In this document: positions 48,941 to 57,968 of the stretch, one piece after another
Layout: each line of letters opens with the position of its first letter
Position numbering within the stretch: the stretch's first letter is position 1
Made by a program: the position numbers and the translations under genes
Assembly (NCBI GenBank): GCA_045616305.1
Contig: JAZLGO010000029.1
Coordinates: 50-64,049, forward strand
Reading direction: 5' to 3'
DNA from: Saccharofermentans sp.
Lineage (GTDB): Bacteria; Bacillota; Clostridia; Saccharofermentanales; Saccharofermentanaceae
DNA: 64,000 bases
Notes under the pieces: model-generated
Databases searched by the model: none
What the model saw: only the letters and a program-made list of their open reading frames with translations
Told to the model about the DNA's origin: nothing

Positions 48941-49342
48941 TTACTTTGCAAATACCCATATGACATTATATGCAATTCTTCTGAGATAGGTGTCACCGTA
49001 ATCTTCAAGGTCGATACCGTTGATAGTGCTGTTGTTAATGCGGCTTACAAGTGAGATATTCTTAATGCATTTCGGAAGACTCTCAATTATGTTGTGAACA
49101 GCGAGATGGGCGTAGATTTCCTTTGCAATCCCTTTAATTGACATACCGATTATTGTCTTGTCATTGTGGATCACTGACGCGGTTTCAAGACAATCTTTTT
49201 TGTTCATGGAAACAGCATTGATTGCGATGTTTAATGTGGATATTTTATCGTGATTTATAAAGTCAGATGTTTTGTGCTTTTTAAGTTCAACTCCTGAAAA
49301 AATGCTTAATGTTATTGCCAAAAGTAAAAATAGTGTTTTCAT
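48941..49342 (-). CDS. Hypothetical secreted protein
   Basis: Start moved to MKTLFL behind GGAGG; signal-like N-terminus; IAKEIYAH motif. Confidence 0.55.
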   Translation of the reverse strand: MKTLFLLLAITLSIFSGVELKKHKTSDFINHDKISTLNIAINAVSMNKKDCLETASVIHNDKTIIGMSIKGIAKEIYAHLAVHNIIESLPKCIKNISLVSRINNSTINGIDLEDYGDTYLRRIAYNVIWVFAK

Positions 49343-49525
49343 ATTGTTTTCCTCCGCTTGTGTTTTTTTCTTATGAGTAAAGTTTATTCCCTTATCGGTT
49401 TTCTTGAAATCGATAGTGCTTACATTTGTCTTACGGTTTTGTAATGTTTGCTGTTTTTTCATATATGAGAAAATATGATAGTATTATAAGAAAGTCAGCT
49501 ATGCCTAAGTCTTACGGAGAAAAAG

Positions 49526-50383
49526 ATGAATTTTACAAAGTTTACTGAAGAAATAGAACTGAATAAATTAAATGTATTTGGAGTTGAGGTATATAAAGAC
49601 CGTAAACTTATTCATTCCTATGGTGATACTTTGGGAAATATACACGACATATATTCAGCTACGAAGTCGGTTGCTTCAATAGCTGTCGGTATAGCATCAG
49701 ACAGAGGGAGATTTAACATCAACAGGAAAATTCTTGATTATATACCATCGGATTATGTAAACCGTATGTCGGCTAAGCAGAGGGAAATGTTTAATCCGAT
49801 TACTGTTGAGCGTTTGCTGTGTATGTCTGTAGACGGAATACCGTTTAGAACGGACAGCAATAATTATCTTGAAATTGCTTTGGAAAGTGAGCTTGTTACG
49901 CCGGAACAGCGTGTATTTAATTACAGTAATCTCAGCACATATCTGGTGTGTGTAGCATTGACCGAAGCATTAGGTGAGGATTTGGGTGAGTTTATAGAAA
50001 GAGAAGTATTCTTGCCGCTCGAGATTGATAAATACAGTTATGAGAGAACACCTGAAGGATATTTTTACGGGGCTTCGAAAATGAAACTTAATGTTAATGA
50101 ATTGAGCCGCATAGGTATGTTAATGTCAGACGGAACATATAACGGTAACCGAATATTGTCAGAAGCTTATGTGAAAGAAGCTACATCAGTAAGACAAATG
50201 AATCGTGAAGGCGGCTACGGGTATTATTTTTGGAAATACAGAGACGGTTTCAGTATTAACGGTAAAAAATGCCAGAAATGCTATGTGTTGCCTTCAAGCG
50301 GTATAATTATATCTTATCTGTGTGATATGGAGGATCCTTTGCACATATTGAAGCGAAATATGGAAAGTAATTTGCTTGATTAG
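49526..50383 (+). CDS. Cytoplasmic serine hydrolase (beta-lactamase-like fold)
   Basis: YSATKS (SxxK), FNYSN, GYGYYFW; no signal peptide. Confidence 0.8.
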   Translation: MNFTKFTEEIELNKLNVFGVEVYKDRKLIHSYGDTLGNIHDIYSATKSVASIAVGIASDRGRFNINRKILDYIPSDYVNRMSAKQREMFNPITVERLLCMSVDGIPFRTDSNNYLEIALESELVTPEQRVFNYSNLSTYLVCVALTEALGEDLGEFIEREVFLPLEIDKYSYERTPEGYFYGASKMKLNVNELSRIGMLMSDGTYNGNRILSEAYVKEATSVRQMNREGGYGYYFWKYRDGFSINGKKCQKCYVLPSSGIIISYLCDMEDPLHILKRNMESNLLD

Positions 50384-50651
50384 TCTTAAAAGGGATGAAG
50401 TTGTGAAGAAAACAGTCAGAACGGAGGTTTTTATGTTTGTTGTAGTTCTTTTGATTTTTTTTGCTTTGTTGATTTTTTCTGTTTGGCGTATTGTTAAGCT
50501 TAACAGATTAGGTAAAGACGATCCTGACAATTCACATATTTATCGTCATAACAGGGTGAAATATATAATTTTAATTATTTTCAGTGTGTTGGGTATTGCT
50601 GTAATGATTTGGCTGATGATTATGGCTATTATGATTATAAAATTCATGTAA
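50376..50651 (+). CDS. Small two-TM membrane protein
   Basis: Two hydrophobic helices; start uncertain. Confidence 0.5.
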   Translation: MISLKRDEVVKKTVRTEVFMFVVVLLIFFALLIFSVWRIVKLNRLGKDDPDNSHIYRHNRVKYIILIIFSVLGIAVMIWLMIMAIMIIKFM

Positions 50652-50663
50652 GAGGTTCGATGT

Positions 50664-50810
50664 ATGCAAAATGATAAGTTTATTAAAATTCTATATACCG
50701 TCCTTATCTTGTGTGCATTGATTACAATTATTCATATGGGTTATATAGTTTATGCTTACAGAAACTCGTCGATTATAAGATTTATAGCAAGAGAGTTATG
50801 GTTTTTCTGA
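50664..50810 (+). CDS. 48-aa single-TM small protein (not in the ORF track)
   Basis: RBS AGAGG; MQNDKFIKILYTVLILCALITIIHMGYIVYAYRNSSIIRFIARELWFF; fills the gap before the pstS-like gene. Confidence 0.6.
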   Translation: MQNDKFIKILYTVLILCALITIIHMGYIVYAYRNSSIIRFIARELWFF

Positions 50811-50820
50811 GGATAATAGT

Positions 50821-51846
50821 ATGACAGAGAACGGAGTTGATAACAGCATATCAACAAAAAAAGTATTTATTCAGCTGTTGAGTATAATTTTGATTATCGC
50901 AGTATTTGTTGCCTTAAATCTGGTTGTGTATTTTACCATTACTGTTAGATTGGGAAATAATGTCAATGGCTCGAGTCAGGCCCAAATGATTGATTTGTCT
51001 TTGTATCTTCCTTTCGAGAAGGATTCAAAGCTTCCTCGTATAAATACTTCTTTTAAAATTGAAGGCGAACTTCCGGTGCTTGATGGGGCAGCAGCACTTG
51101 TGCCTGTTTATGCTGCCGTTATAGATAATGTTTATCCGGAAGGTTCGGTTATGTATGAAGGCGGAGTTTTCAGTGATGATAATTATTATGGTGAGAATTT
51201 TGCTGAGGGAAGTGCGATGCGCTACAGAAATACGGTACGCGGTTTTTATGCAATGGTAGATAATGAAGCTGATATTTTCTTTGGGGCATATCCTTCTGAG
51301 GAACAGATGAATTATGCATCGGATAAGGGAATTGAACTTGTGACAGTACCGATTGGCCTTGAGGCGTTTGTGTTTTTTGTAAACAGTAAAAATCCTATTG
51401 ATAGTCTTAGTATAGATAACATTCGAGATATTTATTCCTGTAAGATTACCGATTGGAGTGAAGTAGGCGGAGCTTCCCGTATCATTAATCCAATTTTGCG
51501 TTATCCGGGCAGCGGAAGTCAGAATGCAATGGATCGACTGATGGGTGATGCTGAATATGGGGGCAAGTCGCCTTTGACAATTTTCGGAGGTTCGCTGGGA
51601 TTCTCGTACAGGTATTACTTGGAAGGCATGGTGAGAAATCCTAATGTTAAAATGCTTGCAATAGATGGTGTTTATCCGGATGCTGACAGTATTCATGTGG
51701 GCAAATATCCTCTGACAACATCATTTTATGCAATTTACAGAGCAGATAACTCTAATCAAAATGTACAGAAACTGATACAATGGATTTTGTCGGACGAAGG
51801 TCAGGATTTAATTGAATTGTGCGGCTATGTAAGAATAAAAAGGTGA
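50821..51846 (+). CDS. PstS-like phosphate-binding-family protein, membrane anchored
   Basis: LDGAAALVPVY, EAFVFFVNSKNPIDSLS, SGSQ, KMLAIDGVYP, WILSDEGQ. Confidence 0.75.
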   Translation: MTENGVDNSISTKKVFIQLLSIILIIAVFVALNLVVYFTITVRLGNNVNGSSQAQMIDLSLYLPFEKDSKLPRINTSFKIEGELPVLDGAAALVPVYAAVIDNVYPEGSVMYEGGVFSDDNYYGENFAEGSAMRYRNTVRGFYAMVDNEADIFFGAYPSEEQMNYASDKGIELVTVPIGLEAFVFFVNSKNPIDSLSIDNIRDIYSCKITDWSEVGGASRIINPILRYPGSGSQNAMDRLMGDAEYGGKSPLTIFGGSLGFSYRYYLEGMVRNPNVKMLAIDGVYPDADSIHVGKYPLTTSFYAIYRADNSNQNVQKLIQWILSDEGQDLIELCGYVRIKR

Positions 51847-51855
51847 GAGACATAT

Positions 51856-53040
51856 ATGATTACTAATGAGTATGAGGAATTAATCGGTAAACAGTACAAA
51901 CAGAGAATATCAAAGGCAAAGAAATACTCTAAGGGCAGCAGGCTTTGCAGCTTGTTTATTATTTTAGCAACATCAGTAACCGCTGTATCAGCTTTTTTAT
52001 CTTATTATTTTCTCTTTAGATGCAATGAAGTATTAAGTAAATGGGGCGTCCTTCTGGCTGTATTAACGGTTTTCTCCTTAATAGTTTTGATATATATTGC
52101 GCTAGAGATAAGAACAGAATGCCTGGCAGATGTTGTTTTGTGTGATAACAGAAAAATCTCCTTGGGAAATAAGGATTTTACGCTGTCATTCTATTGCCGT
52201 AATCCTAAACAACTGGAAAGAATAACAGATAAAAGTAAGGAACTTACGCGAAAAGTATTTTATCGTAATATAAAGGCAATTATCCATGATAAAGATGCGA
52301 TGATTTATGCTGTGGATTGTGCCGAATATGATGTTACCGCGGATGATACATATACAAGACGCAATAAACAAATTCTTATTCCGGATACTTTTGAGAATAG
52401 TGATTTTTGGCAGGAAATTGAAATTAAATCAAAAACGAAGATAAAGGAACTAAAATTGCTTTTATCTTTGAAAGAACGTTACATAAGAACTCTCGTGATT
52501 TTATTTACAGCGATATTGCTTATTTTATTCTTTATGAATGCTGTTACGGCTGTTTTTTACTCTCGAAAATATAACGAGAATCTTCAGACGGCAGGACAAC
52601 TTGCTCAACTGCGCTCTTCTGACTATTATTCTGAGGCGCTTTCCGATGCCACTTTTGAAGAACTCCGAGCTATAGACGCAATAAACAGTGACAGTATTCT
52701 GGGGATGACTTTTATGAGTCAGGTGGATGAAGAATCTTTCTATGTGGCAGACGGAACGGTAATGGGATTTGCCGATCCTTATCCTGAGGAGACTTCGGCA
52801 TTGATTTTAAGAACTATAGTTATTACTCCGAATGAGTATATAAATCTGCTCGGTATGCATGACGGTGTTCAGATAAGTGATTGCAAGGATATCATGGCTA
52901 AGTATGGTTTTGAATATTTTAATCAGGATTCCGGTATTAACGACGGATGTACTGTTTTCTTTGTCGGTCGTGTTACTGTTCTGGCAAATTACAACAAAAG
53001 TGATAATATAATCCGTTCGTTTAAGATTATTTATTCATAA
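51856..53040 (+). CDS. Hypothetical membrane protein
   Basis: 394 aa ORF with three TMs; no recognised motif. Confidence 0.6.
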   Translation: MITNEYEELIGKQYKQRISKAKKYSKGSRLCSLFIILATSVTAVSAFLSYYFLFRCNEVLSKWGVLLAVLTVFSLIVLIYIALEIRTECLADVVLCDNRKISLGNKDFTLSFYCRNPKQLERITDKSKELTRKVFYRNIKAIIHDKDAMIYAVDCAEYDVTADDTYTRRNKQILIPDTFENSDFWQEIEIKSKTKIKELKLLLSLKERYIRTLVILFTAILLILFFMNAVTAVFYSRKYNENLQTAGQLAQLRSSDYYSEALSDATFEELRAIDAINSDSILGMTFMSQVDEESFYVADGTVMGFADPYPEETSALILRTIVITPNEYINLLGMHDGVQISDCKDIMAKYGFEYFNQDSGINDGCTVFFVGRVTVLANYNKSDNIIRSFKIIYS

Positions 53041-53833
53041 ACCATTGTGTCAGCATTTTTTCTAAGTTGAATGTGCTTAGCGGATATTCTTTTGACTCAA
53101 AGCTAACATAGAGTTTATCTCCTACAAATATACCGTTACGTTCATATAAGTTAAGTCTTCGCATAAAATCCTTATTATAGCCGATATCGGTCATTCTTCC
53201 TGCATGTTCATAGTATTTTTCTTCACGTGTGTGAACTTTCAGGATTGTAAAATCCGGATAAATCATTGTGCCGTCTTGCATAATAAGCTGACATTCGTAT
53301 CTATAGGGAATGCACAGTTTGTCTAAGGTGTTGGCAATAAGTATTTCTGATTTTGAACGCACACGTTCACCACGATTTGTATAAAATTCGGTAGTAATTG
53401 ATGCATCAAAGTCTTTTTTTGGATATTTCTGCGATTGCCACCACTTTGCATATTCGTTATTTGATAAAAGAAGTGAGTCTGTAATCTTTTGGCTTGTTAT
53501 ATCCAAAGATGAATACACATCGGAATAAACTGCGTTTTTGTTATAGTAATGCAATAAAGAATCTAGAGCTTCCTTCTCAGACTTAGCTGATTCGAGAACT
53601 TGCAGGCAATATTTTTTTGTGGACAAATCTTTTATTAAAGAAATGTCTTTGGAAGGATTTAAGTAAATTCGCTTATTTGAGTTGCCTTTAAAAGTGCAGT
53701 AGTATTGAATTGTATTGCGTTTTTTATTAACACACTTATATAGAACACCGGTTGGTAAAGCCGATATTTTACTTTCCATTTCATTGATGATTTTATCCAA
53801 TTGAACCTGTCTGTTAACAATTATATCTATCAC
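53027..53833 (-). CDS. Putative restriction-endonuclease-fold (PD-(D/E)XK-like) nuclease
   Basis: TNRGERVRSKSEILIANTL, IPYRYE, YPDFTI, YYEHAG; N-terminal coiled-coil/basic region. Confidence 0.65.
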   Translation of the reverse strand: MIDIIVNRQVQLDKIINEMESKISALPTGVLYKCVNKKRNTIQYYCTFKGNSNKRIYLNPSKDISLIKDLSTKKYCLQVLESAKSEKEALDSLLHYYNKNAVYSDVYSSLDITSQKITDSLLLSNNEYAKWWQSQKYPKKDFDASITTEFYTNRGERVRSKSEILIANTLDKLCIPYRYECQLIMQDGTMIYPDFTILKVHTREEKYYEHAGRMTDIGYNKDFMRRLNLYERNGIFVGDKLYVSFESKEYPLSTFNLEKMLTQWFMNK

Positions 53834-53905
53834 CAGATTATTATAAAATACTATTGTGTTTTTTACTACATGGAATGTAAATTTAAGTGAAAGTGGATGA
53901 GTTTA

Positions 53906-54033
53906 TCTGATTTGCGTTAGAAATGCGATTTTTCAGGCGATTCTAACGCAATTTGTTCTCGGCAAGCGCCTCCAACGCACTGCAGCAGCTCACCTCAACT
54001 CTGATTTGCGTTAGAAATGCGCCTCCAACGCAA
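53906..54033. repeat. REP-like palindromic repeat cluster
   Basis: 22-bp exact direct repeat (53906, 54000); 11-bp perfect IR TTGCGTTAGAA/TTCTAACGCAA (53912-53951); 14-bp direct repeat GCGCCTCCAACGCA (53966, 54019). Confidence 0.85.
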
Positions 54034-54100
54034 GTGTTTTTTGTAAGCTACCCTAATCGGCTAATGTCAGTATGCCGAATCTCTTTTCCAAAAAATAAAA

Positions 54101-54781
54101 TTAGGCAATTTCTTCATCAGGAAGATGGAGTGAAGTTCCGCACATTCTGCATTTTTCGTAATTTCCGAATCTGACAGCTCCGCAATTCGGACAAGTTGAA
54201 TAGAATTTACTTTGTGATAACAAAATGTTCTCTTCATCATCTTCATTATCTTTTACTTCTTTTCCTTTACCTTCTTTGCGACTGAGATTTATATAGTAAT
54301 TGCAAATATCTCGAGCTGTCTGTCTCATCTGAATACGATAGAAGAATATAGCTACGTTATAAAGAACAGTAAAAATAAAAGCTAAAAGAAAAGCGATTGC
54401 ACCAATAGGTAAAAATGAAAAGTTGAAAAACGAAGGCATAAACATAAATACTGCATAAGAAGCTAAAAAGGATATAATTCCAGCACTTGCACAACCTATT
54501 CCGGCTTTAAGATATATATCCGGATTTTGCCACGGAAGTGCAACACGATTTGCATCTTCTTTCATGATTTTTGAAGCATAACCATCATTTACATTTATTG
54601 AATAAACCTCACCGCTAATGTAATTGCAATTTCCTTTTATAAATAAAGGATCGTCTATATTAATTGATGTCTTTTTGTAATCGGCTCCATGTGATGAATA
54701 ACCGAAAATACTTAAAATCAGGCTCGGAGTTACTGTTTGAGGAATACGACATCCTTCTTCATCATAAATTTTTTCCCTCAT
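54101..54781 (-). CDS. Two-TM membrane protein with C-terminal zinc ribbon
   Basis: CPNCGA...CRMCG; start moved to MREKIY behind AAGGGG. Confidence 0.65.
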   Translation of the reverse strand: MREKIYDEEGCRIPQTVTPSLILSIFGYSSHGADYKKTSINIDDPLFIKGNCNYISGEVYSINVNDGYASKIMKEDANRVALPWQNPDIYLKAGIGCASAGIISFLASYAVFMFMPSFFNFSFLPIGAIAFLLAFIFTVLYNVAIFFYRIQMRQTARDICNYYINLSRKEGKGKEVKDNEDDEENILLSQSKFYSTCPNCGAVRFGNYEKCRMCGTSLHLPDEEIA

Positions 54782-54947
54782 CTTTAAATCCCCTTTTATA
54801 TATAATTCAAACAAAGTAATTTTATCATTGTTGAATAAAAAAAATAACTCTGATATTTGACATAATATGTCAGTTTATTTACTTGTTTTTTCGAAAATAA
54901 TGGTGTGAAATGTAATCAGCTTGTTTAAGTGAGGTTATAAGGTTATT

Positions 54948-56309
54948 ATGTCCAAAGATAATAATGTTGATATGACAATAGGTAATCCTGTCTCGCTCAT
55001 TGTGAGATTTGCGATACCGATGATGATAGGTAATATTTTTCAGCAACTGTATAATCTTGTTGATTCTGTTGTAGTTGGACAATTTGTAGGTTCTTCAGCT
55101 TTGGCAGCTATCGGAGCTACCAATTCAATTAATTTTTTGTTTTTTGCTCTTTGCAACGGAATTGGTTCTGGTGGAGGAATTATTACATCTCAGTGTTTTG
55201 GAGCGGGAGATGATTCGCAAGTAAAAAAAAGTATATCCAATACAGCATATCTCATGATTGTTTTCCCTGTAATTATCGGTGCCATATCTTTCTTTCTGGT
55301 AGGACCTCTTCTTAATCTTCTGGAAACTCCTGATACGATAATGTCAGATGCGTTGATTTATGCAAGATTGATGTGCATAGGTTTAATATTTGTTTCGGTA
55401 TATAATTTTATTTCTTCGATGCTTAGAGCACTCGGGGATTCAATGACTCCGTTGTATTTTTTGATTTTCTCCTGTGTTCTTAATACGGTGCTTGATGTGG
55501 TTTTTGTTAAGTTCTTAAATCTCAGTGTGCTTGGAGCCGGAATTGCAACATTGATAGCTCAGTTTGTGTCGGGCTTGCTGTGTATAATTTATGCAGTTAA
55601 GCGTAATCCGTATTTCAAACTTAAAGCTGAGGACTTAAAGCTTGACTTTGGTATTATTCGTAAAACCATAAAACTCGGTATTCCGCTTTCGCTTCAGTTT
55701 TCTATGATAGCAATATCTTGTATGGCATTGCAGAGAGTAGTTAATAAATTCGGTGATGTTGCAGTTGCGGCCTTTACTGCGACCAGCCGTATTGAGCAAG
55801 TTATTCATCAGCCTTATCAGACATTGGGTGCCGCACTTTCAACATATTGCGGTCAGAATTACGGTGCAGCAAAATATGACCGCCTTGAAAAGGGATATCG
55901 TAAAAGTATGCTTATGATGTTTGTCTTTTCGGTTGCTATGCTTCCGGTAATGCAGTTTTTCGGAAACAATATAATTTCCATTTTCGTAAAAGAGAAGGAA
56001 GTTATAGACATGGGAGCAAAGGCATTGCAGATATCCAGTTTGTTCTATGTGTTTCTTGGTGCTATTTATGTTGTCAGGGGCGTGCTAAATGGTGTAGGTG
56101 ATGCATTTTTTGCTTTCCTTAACGGTATAGTTGAGGTTTTGGGAAGATTTATTATTCCTATAGTTCTTATTTCTTTTCCGATTATAGGAGTATGGGGAAT
56201 TTGGTGGTCCGTAGGTATAGTATGGTTTATCAGCGGACTTACTGCATGGATCAGATATATTTCATTTAAAAGAAAGCTTTATAATCCTCATTTTTCTCGA
56301 AAAGCCTAA
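54948..56309 (+). CDS. MATE-family efflux transporter
   Basis: MTIGNP...FAIPMMIGNIFQQLYNLVDSVVVG, LRALGDSMTPL, GQNYGA; about 12 TMs. Confidence 0.93.
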   Translation: MSKDNNVDMTIGNPVSLIVRFAIPMMIGNIFQQLYNLVDSVVVGQFVGSSALAAIGATNSINFLFFALCNGIGSGGGIITSQCFGAGDDSQVKKSISNTAYLMIVFPVIIGAISFFLVGPLLNLLETPDTIMSDALIYARLMCIGLIFVSVYNFISSMLRALGDSMTPLYFLIFSCVLNTVLDVVFVKFLNLSVLGAGIATLIAQFVSGLLCIIYAVKRNPYFKLKAEDLKLDFGIIRKTIKLGIPLSLQFSMIAISCMALQRVVNKFGDVAVAAFTATSRIEQVIHQPYQTLGAALSTYCGQNYGAAKYDRLEKGYRKSMLMMFVFSVAMLPVMQFFGNNIISIFVKEKEVIDMGAKALQISSLFYVFLGAIYVVRGVLNGVGDAFFAFLNGIVEVLGRFIIPIVLISFPIIGVWGIWWSVGIVWFISGLTAWIRYISFKRKLYNPHFSRKA

Positions 56310-56373
56310 TATATATCTATATAACCTTGTTATAATAAAACAGTAAGAACGTATATAAGGGAGGGACTGATAT

Positions 56374-57258
56374 ATGCCGCATTCATCAGGCGGAGGTTTT
56401 GGCGGCTTGGGCGGAAGGTTTGGAAGTTCGGGAGGCGGAAGTTTTGGAGACGGTTTTAGCTCGGCTGCTTCAGGTAATCTTTCTTCGGGTGATAACTGGA
56501 CAATAAAGGAAGAGAGAAGAAGGAGAAGAAGTAGGCGATATGCCTATTATGACAGATACGGTAATCTTCAGTATTTCTATTTAAACAACACTCTTGAGAA
56601 ATCTAATTTTTTTTGGGTTTCGATTGTGCTGTTGATTTCATTATTTTCTTCTGTTTTTTTTGGATTTGGTTATATAGATTCAAAGCCGATAAAAGCAGGT
56701 TTGAACAACTCGTTGATATCAGATAGTGCACGCGTTTTTTCTGTAAGTGAGCAAACAGAACTTATGAGATGTATTCAAGAATTTAATGATGAGACAGGCA
56801 TAGCAGTTGAAATACACACGGCGAGTCGTGCTGAATGTGAGGGCTATGGCAGTTTTACGAATTATGCATACAATTACTATGTGAATAAGTACAGTGATGA
56901 ATATCATTGGGTAATAGTGTATGTTGAAGACAGAAACGGTTGGCGTTGGGAAGGAATGCAAGGAGATAATACAGATTCTATTTTGAATAAACGGAAGTTA
57001 GAAGAATTTAATTCAATCGTCAATGATTGCCTGTCAAATCGTAAGACTTCTTCGGGAGGGGCATTCATTAAGGCGTTTAACACTGTTACACCGAATATTT
57101 TGAAGAACGATTTCAATTGGTCGTATAAGCCGGATAAGATTAAGGCAATTGTTTTAGGTGTAATATTTGTTGCAAGCTTTTTTCCTCTGATTTTTGCTCA
57201 AAAGAAACGAAAAAATGCTTTCCTAGTAGATGCCGGAGGTCGCGCGTATTACGAATAG
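56374..57258 (+). CDS. TPM-domain membrane protein with Gly-rich N-terminus
   Basis: ISDSARVFS..EQ.EL...I.EF..ETGIAVEIHT TPM-like motif flanked by TMs. Confidence 0.6.
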   Translation: MPHSSGGGFGGLGGRFGSSGGGSFGDGFSSAASGNLSSGDNWTIKEERRRRRSRRYAYYDRYGNLQYFYLNNTLEKSNFFWVSIVLLISLFSSVFFGFGYIDSKPIKAGLNNSLISDSARVFSVSEQTELMRCIQEFNDETGIAVEIHTASRAECEGYGSFTNYAYNYYVNKYSDEYHWVIVYVEDRNGWRWEGMQGDNTDSILNKRKLEEFNSIVNDCLSNRKTSSGGAFIKAFNTVTPNILKNDFNWSYKPDKIKAIVLGVIFVASFFPLIFAQKKRKNAFLVDAGGRAYYE

Positions 57259-57342
57259 TCGACGATATTGCCTGAAAATTGACTGAAATTATTATTCCTA
57301 AATGTTAGTATAGACATATGAATTTCTATAGGAGGAAACATT

Positions 57343-57879
57343 ATGAATAAGTATTCAGGCACACAGACTGAGAAGAATCTTGAGGCGGCTTTTGCAGGTG
57401 AATCACAAGCCAGAAATAAATACACATATTTTGCTTCGAAAGCCAAGAAAGAAGGTTTTGAGCAAATATCAGCAATGTTTTTGAAAACTGCTGACAACGA
57501 GAAGGAACATGCAAAACTTTGGTTTAAAGAATTAAACGGAATCGGAAGTACAGCAGAGAATTTGGCGGCAGCTGCAGACGGTGAGAATTTTGAGTGGACT
57601 GATATGTACGATGATTTTGCCAAAACTGCAGAAGAAGAAGGATTCCCTGAATTAGCTGAGAAGTTCCGTGGCGTAGCTGCTATAGAGAAGAAGCATGAAG
57701 AGAGATATCGTGCACTTCTTAAGAATGTTGAAGCACAGGAAGTATTTAAGAAGAGTGAAGTTAAGGTTTGGGAATGTCGTAACTGCGGACATATTGTAGT
57801 AGGTACCGAAGCTCCTGAGACTTGTCCTGTATGTAACCACCCTCGGGCATATTTTGAGGTTCATGCTGAGAATTATTGA
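57343..57879 (+). CDS. rbr: Rubrerythrin
   Basis: [23 protein letters not shown]-terminal CRNCG...CPVC. Confidence 0.95.
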   Translation: MNKYSGTQTEKNLEAAFAGESQARNKYTYFASKAKKEGFEQISAMFLKTADNEKEHAKLWFKELNGIGSTAENLAAAADGENFEWTDMYDDFAKTAEEEGFPELAEKFRGVAAIEKKHEERYRALLKNVEAQEVFKKSEVKVWECRNCGHIVVGTEAPETCPVCNHPRAYFEVHAENY

Positions 57880-57914
57880 CACTGTCTTTACATAATGAAT
57901 TAGCTTACATAATA

Positions 57915-57946
57915 AAGGGCTGTCTTCTGAGACAGCCCCTTCTTTT
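57915..57946. terminator. Bidirectional terminator
   Basis: AAGGGCTGTCT-tctg-AGACAGCCCCTT between convergent genes. Confidence 0.75.
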
Positions 57947-57968
57947 ATAAACATATATACTATTTCTG

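Noticed and set aside
51025-51696. Long antisense ORFs (51025-51696, 31929-32495, 34585-35094, 57996-58559 and others)
   Set aside because: They lie opposite well-supported genes and show no RBS or motifs.
53906-54033. CRISPR array
   Set aside because: Only two 22-bp copies, mixed orientations, non-unique intervening sequence, and no cas genes.
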